IMG/VR virus record: IMGVR_UViG_3300011268_000517
Coordinates: 1 to 22,557 of that record
Strand: one strand, 5' to 3'
DNA: 22,557 bases
Source: a virus
The position numbers and the translations under genes are program-made. Below the pieces are notes generated by a model. The model ran no database searches and was not told the DNA's origin. It saw only the letters and a list, made by a program, of their open reading frames with translations. Shown here piece after piece: positions 9,586 through 16,947 of this stretch; position 1 is the stretch's first letter; every line of letters begins with the position of its first letter.

Positions 9586-9921
9586 TTAAATTTGGGTAAT
9601 CTGAGGATTTACTGTTACGATACCTTCAACAACTCTGGTTTTAGAGCCAGAAGGTGATGTTATTTCTACATCATAAAGCCATCTTCCCGCAGGGATAACT
9701 TCGGATTGTTGTGGGGTTAGTTGTAGGCGCACCTTGCCCTGCTCTGCGCTGAACACCGTTGCAGTGAAGTTATAGGCGGTGCTGGACTGGTATGACTTTC
9801 TCATTTGAGAAGCCACACTATACCCTGTTAAATTTAAAGGTTGTCCGTTAGTTGCTGCAACTGATATAATATTGCTATAACTAGCACCAGCGTCCACGAA
9901 AAGATTACTAACAGTTGCCAT
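9586..9921 (-). CDS. Small virion structural protein (Ig/BppU-like fibre attachment domain)
   Basis: The likely start is the ATG at 9921 (MATVSNLFVD), with GGGGA upstream. The pattern NL.VD.GA, LNLTGY...SQMRKSY, GRWLYDVEI, RVVEGIVTV.PQIT is common in T4-like phage structural regions. Confidence 0.7.
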   Translation of the reverse strand: MATVSNLFVDAGASYSNIISVAATNGQPLNLTGYSVASQMRKSYQSSTAYNFTATVFSAEQGKVRLQLTPQQSEVIPAGRWLYDVEITSPSGSKTRVVEGIVTVNPQITQI

Positions 9922-9951
9922 CCAAGTCCCCAAAACTATTTTTATACTTCT

Positions 9952-9959
9952 TATTTATA
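9952..9959 (-). promoter_or_regulatory. T4-type late promoter TATAAATA
   Basis: Perfect consensus (tatttata on +), about 30 nt upstream of the ATG at 9921. Confidence 0.85.
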
Positions 9960-9989
9960 AAGGAAGGGATTTTGTGGGGATAGATGTTG

Positions 9990-9997
9990 TCTAAATA
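9990..9997 (+). promoter_or_regulatory. Candidate late promoter TCTAAATA
   Basis: TAAATA core, intergenic, upstream of the GGAG SD and ATG at 10042. Confidence 0.55.
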
Positions 9998-10041
9998 CTT
10001 GTAGCTGCGAAGCGATAATAATCACTTTTAATGGAGATAAT

Positions 10042-10692
10042 ATGGAAAATAACCAAGCACCACAAAACGAAACAATGTCAGTAGACGAACCTAATGTGGT
10101 CAAATTTTTTGAAAAACAGGCGTTCGCCACCCCAATTATTAGCTATATCAACCAAAAGCACGACGAGTTCAAACTAGAATTCATCAAGTTGGCTGATAAA
10201 ATGCAATCTTCTGGTTTCGATGGCGACATCCTTGAACTTGAAGATGAGCCAGCTGTAAAATTGTTAAAAGAAGCAATTTTTTCAGTTTGCGCAGAGTTGA
10301 AAGAATTTGGCTTTGATAACAGATACCCGTTTATTATGGGATCTAACGTTATCTACCAACAAAGAAACGAACACATTCCAGCGCACTCGTATGAGTTCGT
10401 TCCGCTCGTTCTAACATATATTGTCAATGAGCCTGAGCAAGTGACACCGACTACATATTATATCGACCCTCGTGGTGGTGTCCAAACACTTCGTGAAAAG
10501 GTTAGTCAAAACCTAGTCGGAACTTATTTTGGAATCAACGCCCATGAAGGCGAAATTATTGCAACTCCAGGTTACCTAACTCGATATACTGAGAGTAACC
10601 TAGATAGCCAAACATATCTTTCGATCAATGTTATGGTAGGTTACACCTCAGGGTCTGCAACAGCAACTTCTAAGAATGCCAATGCTGTTTAA
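10042..10692 (+). CDS. 2OG-Fe(II) oxygenase-like protein (TIGR02466-like) with degenerate metal ligands
   Basis: F.TPI near the N-terminus, NV......H.PAH, YIDPRG, EGEII..PGYL. The expected HxH/D reads HSY, and the distal His and Arg appear absent. Confidence 0.6.
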   Translation: MENNQAPQNETMSVDEPNVVKFFEKQAFATPIISYINQKHDEFKLEFIKLADKMQSSGFDGDILELEDEPAVKLLKEAIFSVCAELKEFGFDNRYPFIMGSNVIYQQRNEHIPAHSYEFVPLVLTYIVNEPEQVTPTTYYIDPRGGVQTLREKVSQNLVGTYFGINAHEGEIIATPGYLTRYTESNLDSQTYLSINVMVGYTSGSATATSKNANAV

Positions 10693-12119
10693 GCAGCAAC
10701 GACTGGAATTCCTACAGACTTTCGGACTTTCCAAGAACGCTTAGTTCCATTCGACTTAACAAAGTCGATATCAATTACGGGGACAGATGTGATGCCATCT
10801 CGGCGGATCTTCTGTCCCCTAATTTCTGTTAGGATTAGTCCATCAGTCATAAAGAATAAACTAGCGGCTAACATGGCGTTATTGTACCAGAACAAGTTCT
10901 CACAAGCCTGCTCCCAGTATTGATTCTCTAGGAACAAACACGCACCTTGGCACAGTTGAACAACTGGACAGTTAGGGCATTCTGGACGAGTAGACCAGTG
11001 ATAAGAAGTATGAAGACGGATATTATCAAAGTCTTCAATATTTCCAAGATTGTGCTTCGTTAAAGAAGAAGTGTTCTGACAAGTTGTGACGTTACCCTTC
11101 ATATCGATTGCAATATTATCGTCACGATCCATACCACACTTCTGACCGATAGTGTTTGCTGGGCGTCCTTGTGCAATACCCTCAAAGAAGCTCTTTAATT
11201 TAGTATGAATAGTCATACTAAAGTGATTTTCGCCTTTGATTGTTTCCCAGAATAAAGCGTGAAGAATTTCTTTCTGCTCGTCAGTAGTTCTTAAGGAGTG
11301 TTGCATTCCAGATTCATCGTAAGGGAGCATCAACTCTTCAGTAGTTACGTGAATTTGCCCTTGTTCTATCTCAGGCTTTAGCTTCTCCCAAATAAAGTCA
11401 CGAACTGCAACAAGAGAGACGTTCTCTCGAGTCAACACTGCATTAAACCCTACTCGATTTTGACCCATAACTTTTAAGGCTGTTACAATACCTTCACGCA
11501 TTTGAGGGTCGTCTAGTGGATCAGGACCACGGTTTTGCGCATGAAGAGGTCCATCGTGAGAAATTCCGATACTGAACGCCAAATCATTGAGCCACTTAAC
11601 CTTTTCTTTATCCAGTAAAGAACCATTAGTGACCATATTGAATGACGCATTTGGGAAGAAGTCACGAATTCTCTCTGCCAAAGGCTTCAGAGTTTTCCAA
11701 TACACCATTGGTTCGCCACCCCAAAATTCAATACGAACTTTATCGTATTTACTGATATTGAAGTTATTGCGAATCTTATTAACCAATTCTTCAGCATCTT
11801 CTGGACCACCGACTGGATCATGCGGTTGGTGTGCTTGGTTACAATAAGAGCAAGCAAAGTTGCACTTTAATCCCATCGTAATCTTCAAAATCTTAACAGA
11901 CTTTGTTTTTTTACCATGAGTTTCTGGTGAGGATGGGTTGGTAACTGGCGCTGGACGCCATACCTTGAGGTTTACATTATACTGTAAGTTAGGCGAAATA
12001 ACTGTTAAGTCTGGCTTATCGGAAGTCTCTTCCCAATACATCTCAGAAGTCATTGGGTCGTAGACCATGATCTGCTCAACATCATTCGAACCACGCATTA
12101 CTAATTGAAATGCTGACAT
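10689..12119 (-). CDS. Radical SAM enzyme with a C-terminal SPASM domain (anSME / peptide-maturase type)
   Basis: CNFACSYC (CxxxCxxC), FWGGEP, VTNGSLL, ISHDG; SPASM cysteines KCG...GNVTTC...CPNCPVVQLCQGAC...AC; AGGAG SD. Confidence 0.95.
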   Translation of the reverse strand: MSAFQLVMRGSNDVEQIMVYDPMTSEMYWEETSDKPDLTVISPNLQYNVNLKVWRPAPVTNPSSPETHGKKTKSVKILKITMGLKCNFACSYCNQAHQPHDPVGGPEDAEELVNKIRNNFNISKYDKVRIEFWGGEPMVYWKTLKPLAERIRDFFPNASFNMVTNGSLLDKEKVKWLNDLAFSIGISHDGPLHAQNRGPDPLDDPQMREGIVTALKVMGQNRVGFNAVLTRENVSLVAVRDFIWEKLKPEIEQGQIHVTTEELMLPYDESGMQHSLRTTDEQKEILHALFWETIKGENHFSMTIHTKLKSFFEGIAQGRPANTIGQKCGMDRDDNIAIDMKGNVTTCQNTSSLTKHNLGNIEDFDNIRLHTSYHWSTRPECPNCPVVQLCQGACLFLENQYWEQACENLFWYNNAMLAASLFFMTDGLILTEIRGQKIRRDGITSVPVIDIDFVKSNGTKRSWKVRKSVGIPVVAA

Positions 12120-12139
12120 AAAAAACTCCTATAATTTAA

Positions 12140-12147
12140 CATAAATA
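12140..12147 (+). promoter_or_regulatory. Candidate late promoter CATAAATA for 12177..13565
   Basis: NATAAATA, intergenic, about 30 nt upstream of the ATG at 12177. Confidence 0.65.
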
Positions 12148-12159
12148 AATTTTACCTAC

Positions 12160-12167
12160 TATTTATC
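12160..12167 (-). promoter_or_regulatory. Candidate late promoter GATAAATA for the radical SAM gene
   Basis: tatttatc on +, about 40 nt upstream of the ATG at 12119. Confidence 0.65.
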
Positions 12168-12176
12168 ACCATTTAA

Positions 12177-12962
12177 ATGACAACGTTTAACATTGACTAC
12201 TGCGAACATCCTTTGGATATGGATTTGCTATCGCCATACAAAAATTTATTGTATTGCAGATTAGCGTTACCAGAGGTTCCAAAGATAGACCAGCAAGCAT
12301 TAGAAAAATATGTACACGAAACCAACGAATTATTAGCGACGAATTTAATAGAACGACCGCTAGATCGTGGCGGCTCCGACCGTTTCGCAAAACAAGCAAA
12401 TGTCCATTATCCTTGGAAAACTGCTTGGGTTAGAAGCAGAATGTATGATGGTTGGTTTAATAAGTTTGACGAAAAATTTCCAGAACTAACTAACTATCTA
12501 TTAGAATTTCCAATAGACTCTTTAGAAGAAATTGCTGTTGCGCAGCTACTTGTTCAAAAAGAAAATGTTGAAGCATTCCCACACACTGATCCAGATCCTT
12601 ATTTTGGATTTAGGATATATTTAACTAACGAACCTGATCGAGCAAACTTATACTTCTATCCAAGCTATACTGACTTAGAGGAAAGACCTACAACGTTTGT
12701 TACATCTAATGGCGTAACGACCAAAAATGACTTAACAAAATTTTACAACTTTAATGACAAATTTATTGTTAAAAACAATAAAGGAAAATTTCCATTCATG
12801 CTTAACTCAGTCAGAGGATGTCATGGGGTTGAAAAAAACGCAAAACCAGAATGTGACAGAATAGTTCTTTCAGTATTCTTCAAAAAAATAAATTCTAGTA
12901 AATTGGCTGACTTGTTTAGCCGAAGCGTAGTTAAGTATAAAGATTCTTGTATTTGGAGATAA
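12177..12962 (+). CDS. Putative 2OG-Fe(II) oxygenase (double-stranded beta-helix fold)
   Basis: PHTD (HxD), distal GCHGV (H) and DRIVLSV (R) in the canonical order. Confidence 0.7.
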   Translation: MTTFNIDYCEHPLDMDLLSPYKNLLYCRLALPEVPKIDQQALEKYVHETNELLATNLIERPLDRGGSDRFAKQANVHYPWKTAWVRSRMYDGWFNKFDEKFPELTNYLLEFPIDSLEEIAVAQLLVQKENVEAFPHTDPDPYFGFRIYLTNEPDRANLYFYPSYTDLEERPTTFVTSNGVTTKNDLTKFYNFNDKFIVKNNKGKFPFMLNSVRGCHGVEKNAKPECDRIVLSVFFKKINSSKLADLFSRSVVKYKDSCIWR

Positions 12963-12965
12963 TAT

Positions 12966-13565
12966 ATGATAAAAGTTTTAACGAAAGAGCACGAGTCTCA
13001 AATTATTGATATTATTAATTCTCATGAAAAATCTGTAAAGACTGTTAAATCTGAGTATAGAAATCAAAAAATAATTTCACATACACTTAGATCTCTTGAT
13101 GCTGAAAACAATTATATTATTGGATGGTTTGACGGGGAAACCCTAATTTCATTTTTACATGCAAAGGTTATTTTAGGAATTCCATTCTGGCAATTAGCAT
13201 ACTGGACAACAAGAAATACTAATAGACACTTTTCTAAATCTGGTGTAATACAATTACTGGATAATTGCTGCGAAGTTATGGAAGACAATAAACTTTATAA
13301 TTTCTATCTAGCAAGACCTCTGAAATATGGGATAACAAAATACTTGGTTCAGGCTAAAATGACTAGTAGATATACTATGACTTACGATGAAATTGTTTTA
13401 GAGGGTAATAAATCTAATTATGCTTTGTTTAATTCTATATTCTTCGGAGATATGAAGTCACCATCAGATATGGTGATTATGTCTTTATGTTTAAAGCCAG
13501 AACATAGAAAATTTGACACTATGCCAGAATCGTATTATAAGTACGAAAATCCCTTGCCCAAATAA
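12966..13565 (+). CDS. Hypothetical protein, possible GNAT-like acyltransferase fold
   Basis: Layout IKVLT.E....I..II, YIIGWFDGETLISF, W.T....R....G...LL resembles GNAT topology. There is no clear acetyl-CoA motif, so the fold call is weak. Confidence 0.4.
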   Translation: MIKVLTKEHESQIIDIINSHEKSVKTVKSEYRNQKIISHTLRSLDAENNYIIGWFDGETLISFLHAKVILGIPFWQLAYWTTRNTNRHFSKSGVIQLLDNCCEVMEDNKLYNFYLARPLKYGITKYLVQAKMTSRYTMTYDEIVLEGNKSNYALFNSIFFGDMKSPSDMVIMSLCLKPEHRKFDTMPESYYKYENPLPK

Positions 13566-14293
13566 CCTTCAATATCAATTTCCCACCATCTCTCAGACAA
13601 TATAAGTTTACCTGGAGATGCATGGTGATTATTGTGCCACCCAAACCCCATACCAAATATACCAAGCCAAAAGTTATTGGTAGACTTATCTTCAGTTTGG
13701 TGATTTCTATAACCACTTCCATGGCAGAAGTAGTTAACTAATCCAAGCCTTATAAAATCTAAACAATATGCCAAACCATATAGAAATAGATACACTGGGT
13801 TAACCACTGCTAGGATAATACAAAAACTATAGATGATTGTATAATGGTATTTGTGAAAAAATGCTAAGAATGGATCTTTAGAGATGTTGATCGCTAATCT
13901 CTTAGCAAACCTTTCTCGCATATACTGTTTCTCATTACTCCCTTGAGGAAATGTCCAAGAATACATAGTATACAAAAACCCCTTATTTGGGTCGTGAGGG
14001 TCATTCTCAGTATCAGCACGTATATGATGGGTTTTGTGTTGAATCATCCAATAACTAATTGGACCAATACCACCAAGAGTTGCAAGAATTCCCAGTACCC
14101 ATTTAGTTGGCGTTGAACATCTAAACTGCCCGTGCGCAAAGTATCTATGGGCTGCTACTCCATTACCAATAACGCCAATAAGAAACCATATCACAAACAG
14201 AGCAAGCAAATTGGTGGGCGCAAAATATAAACCCACAAGAGCAAGAACGTGTAATGGTAAGAAAATTAGAAAAAAGTTTTTACCGAATTTCAT
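13535..14293 (-). CDS. Membrane fatty-acid desaturase (delta-9 / DesC-OLE1-like)
   Basis: His boxes HRYFAH, HKTHH...DPH and GWHNNHH; hydrophobic segments; WWEID. Confidence 0.93.
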   Translation of the reverse strand: MKFGKNFFLIFLPLHVLALVGLYFAPTNLLALFVIWFLIGVIGNGVAAHRYFAHGQFRCSTPTKWVLGILATLGGIGPISYWMIQHKTHHIRADTENDPHDPNKGFLYTMYSWTFPQGSNEKQYMRERFAKRLAINISKDPFLAFFHKYHYTIIYSFCIILAVVNPVYLFLYGLAYCLDFIRLGLVNYFCHGSGYRNHQTEDKSTNNFWLGIFGMGFGWHNNHHASPGKLILSERWWEIDIEGYLGKGFSYL

Positions 14294-15042
14294 TTTTTAA
14301 TCACTCTAATGACTAATGACGGAATATCCCACTCCCACCATTTTTCCCAATTATTCCAAGCATATGGTTTAGCATGGTGATTATTGTGCCAACCCTCGCC
14401 CATTGTTATTAAGTTGGCGATCCAACTATTTCTTGACTCATCATTAATTTTATGAGATTTATATCCGTGAATATGCGCTATAACAATAATTGCTGAACTT
14501 GAGTGCAAGCATAAAGAAGCTGGAATAGCATAAGCGAAAATAACTAACCATGGATTTATTAATGCTAAAATTATGCAATATGCAGCAATGATGTAAAAAT
14601 AATACTTGTGCATATTCTTTTGAAACTCATCTCTTCTCATATCACGGATCAGTTTCATTTCAATACCCTCATAATTCCAGAAACCAAACCAAGCACGCCA
14701 CCATCCTAATTGATACGGTGAATGTACATCATTGGGTTTTTCTGTGGCACGATGGTGGTGTCTGTGAACAGCTACCCACGCTAACGGAGAACCGACTGTT
14801 GTTATCACTCCAATAATGGAAAATAATTTTTCAAATAATGGATGTGTTTTAAAAGAACGGTGCGATAATAAACGATGGTATCCAATATTAATCCCAAGAA
14901 TACCAATAACCCAATAAGTTAGTAATGCAATCAACAGATAATCATATGCTGCAGTCGTAAACACAAATATAAGACCACCTAAAAATAATAAGTGGTTAAA
15001 GATCTGTAATCCTCTTACGGCGTGGTTGTGTGAAATTTGCAT
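14290..15042 (-). CDS. Membrane fatty-acid desaturase (delta-9 / DesC-OLE1-like)
   Basis: His boxes GYHRLLSHRSF, HRHHH...D.HSP and GEGWHNNHH; WWEWD; ATGA overlap with the next desaturase. Confidence 0.95.
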   Translation of the reverse strand: MQISHNHAVRGLQIFNHLLFLGGLIFVFTTAAYDYLLIALLTYWVIGILGINIGYHRLLSHRSFKTHPLFEKLFSIIGVITTVGSPLAWVAVHRHHHRATEKPNDVHSPYQLGWWRAWFGFWNYEGIEMKLIRDMRRDEFQKNMHKYYFYIIAAYCIILALINPWLVIFAYAIPASLCLHSSSAIIVIAHIHGYKSHKINDESRNSWIANLITMGEGWHNNHHAKPYAWNNWEKWWEWDIPSLVIRVIKK

Positions 15043-15050
15043 AATCTACC

Positions 15051-15893
15051 TTATTCTACGAATTCAATATATTTAGTTGGGATCACATCACCATCAACTA
15101 ACATGTCTAGTGGATGTTTCTTTCCAAAGAACTCATTTGGAATCCACTCATCATCTACAAAATCAAACCAAGGGCTAAACCCGAGGACAATATTGGTTCT
15201 CTCAATATCGCTGAGGTTATCTGCGAATACACGATGTGGTTTATTTGTATCCCAAGAGTAGCCATACCCGAGATCTAGATGTTCAGTTACCATAAATGGC
15301 GACTGAGGAAATGGTTTCATAAATTTAGTCTCAAGCTGGAACAGATAGTTTGAATCGCTTGTTACTGGGATATTAAATCTCAAATTCTCAAAAACAGGCT
15401 CATCTCGATGCCACATATACGAGAACGCAGTTGTTTCAACTCGCTTTGCGGGTATTGTTGATATACGAGATCTGATCATCGTTCTGTTACAAGAATCTAA
15501 GAACTCGCCCAATTTGCCTATCTTTGATGCGTCAGTTCTCTGGTTGAACCCATAAGAATCATAATAACTGTTAGCACCACCTTGTAGCTTGTCGAACTTT
15601 TGTTTATCGGCGTAGTACTGCTCTTGAACAGTTAGCTTCTCGGTGCCAAGTGTTGACTTGTGCTGGTCAACTGCAATGTTTGGATTATATGTTAGAGATA
15701 GAGACTTGTACGCATCAGACTCACCTTGTGAACTTCTGAACCCATAAGACCCATACTTGGTAAATGCTTCATCAACGTCAGCAGAGAAGTCTACAGAAAT
15801 CTTGAACTTATAAATGTGATTGGTTCTCGCTGGCTTGACTAGATTATTGTTCAAACGATAAGTGTCAGCAAGAGTGTTGAAAATTGTCTTCAT
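15051..15893 (-). CDS. Putative 2OG-Fe(II) oxygenase (Asp/Asn beta-hydroxylase-like fold)
   Basis: RSRIS, WHRD (HxD), RFNIPVTS, WDTNKPHRV (H) and RTNIVLG (R). Confidence 0.72.
   Translation of the reverse strand: MKTIFNTLADTYRLNNNLVKPARTNHIYKFKISVDFSADVDEAFTKYGSYGFRSSQGESDAYKSLSLTYNPNIAVDQHKSTLGTEKLTVQEQYYADKQKFDKLQGGANSYYDSYGFNQRTDASKIGKLGEFLDSCNRTMIRSRISTIPAKRVETTAFSYMWHRDEPVFENLRFNIPVTSDSNYLFQLETKFMKPFPQSPFMVTEHLDLGYGYSWDTNKPHRVFADNLSDIERTNIVLGFSPWFDFVDDEWIPNEFFGKKHPLDMLVDGDVIPTKYIEFVE
15070..15077 (-). promoter_or_regulatory. Candidate late promoter ACTAAATA for the desaturase pair
   Basis: tatttagt on +, about 28 nt upstream of the ATG at 15042, within the 3' end of the oxygenase gene. 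Confidence 0.55.
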
Positions 15894-15900
15894 AATGATT

Positions 15901-15931
15901 ATAGCCCTTAGTCTCCTAAGGGCTATTTATA
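15901..15931 (-). promoter_or_regulatory. Late promoter TATAAATA (15924-15931) overlapping an 11-bp perfect hairpin (15901-15926)
   Basis: The + strand reads atagcccttag-tctc-ctaagggctat. The minus strand reads TATAAATAGCCCTTAGGAGACTAAGGGCTATAATCATTATG. Confidence 0.85.
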
Positions 15932-15945
15932 ACAGAGTCTGTTTA

Positions 15946-16932
15946 TTACACTAGTGTTATATACAGTTCTGCATAAGAAGTCATGTCACCCAAGTTCAAC
16001 TTCAGTTTAGTGACCTCACCAGCCTCAAGACCAGAAAAATCTAATTGAATGTTAACTTCTGAACCATCTTTCAGTTCTAAACGAGATCTATTACAGAAGC
16101 CATTGGTCAAAACAACATCATATCTATTGATAGACTCTTTGTTGAAATGTTTAGAGCACTTAACTTTTACTGTATGAATTTGATCAGCTGCCAAAGAGGT
16201 TCTAAACGCATTGTTTTGGCGTCCATTAGTTTCATTGCAGTTTGAGTGTCCAAACTGGAAGTTTGGAAACCATTCTTCAATAGTAGCACCAGCAATTTCA
16301 AAGTTAATATGATTAAAGATATACTTAAGAATATATTGACGGTGTAGTTCTACATTCTCATATGGTTTACCTTCTAATGAAATATGAGGAACTTCCATAA
16401 TAGTCAATTCTTGTTCAGTATTAAGCACATTCATATTGTGCGTAGTTCTGAATGTAATAAATGCTTTGTCGAAGTCGAACTTGTCGTGACACTGAATACC
16501 AGCAATCAAGATCAAATCTTTGTTGTAGCGTTGTGCTACTGCTCGCAGAGGTCCAATTGTCTTAGCTTCTGGCATCTGTAAAATGTCAGCAAATCTGAAT
16601 TTTTCAGTAGCTACATCAAATTCAATCAGACCAAAAGTTAGCTCTTTTTCTGGGAAATCAGCGTTAGTGTAACTAACACTATCAACAACGATCAGTTCAA
16701 CAGGAACTGTTTCTGCTCGTAAGTCTTTCTCTTCTGATAGATCATTGTCTCTTTCTTTGCGTTTCGCTACCAAGTCCAGAGAATTAGATTGAAAATTATA
16801 CTTAACATCAAATACATAATTGTCATTGAAGTAAGATTCTCCAGAATCATCAGTTAATTGTCTAGCGCCATCCAATCCGTCTGCAACTGAGCCTACATAG
16901 CGGATATTTTCAAGTTTTGTTACAATTGTCAT
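15946..16932 (-). CDS. Hypothetical protein (328 aa), coupled to the Cys-rich gene; beta-rich C-terminal domain
   Basis: Long ORF with a GGAG SD, 15 nt after the Cys-rich gene. No catalytic motif recognised. Confidence 0.75.
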   Translation of the reverse strand: MTIVTKLENIRYVGSVADGLDGARQLTDDSGESYFNDNYVFDVKYNFQSNSLDLVAKRKERDNDLSEEKDLRAETVPVELIVVDSVSYTNADFPEKELTFGLIEFDVATEKFRFADILQMPEAKTIGPLRAVAQRYNKDLILIAGIQCHDKFDFDKAFITFRTTHNMNVLNTEQELTIMEVPHISLEGKPYENVELHRQYILKYIFNHINFEIAGATIEEWFPNFQFGHSNCNETNGRQNNAFRTSLAADQIHTVKVKCSKHFNKESINRYDVVLTNGFCNRSRLELKDGSEVNIQLDFSGLEAGEVTKLKLNLGDMTSYAELYITLV

Positions 16933-16947
16933 TTTATATTTCTCCGA

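Noticed and set aside
10689-12119. Radical SAM as an anaerobic sulfatase maturase, NrdG or QueE
   Set aside because: There is no sulfatase, NrdD or queuosine gene in the window, and the length and SPASM domain do not fit NrdG or QueE. A substrate encoded elsewhere cannot be excluded.
13535-15042. Desaturases as evidence of a cyanobacterial host
   Set aside because: No photosynthesis or other host-diagnostic genes are present, so the host cannot be assigned from this window.
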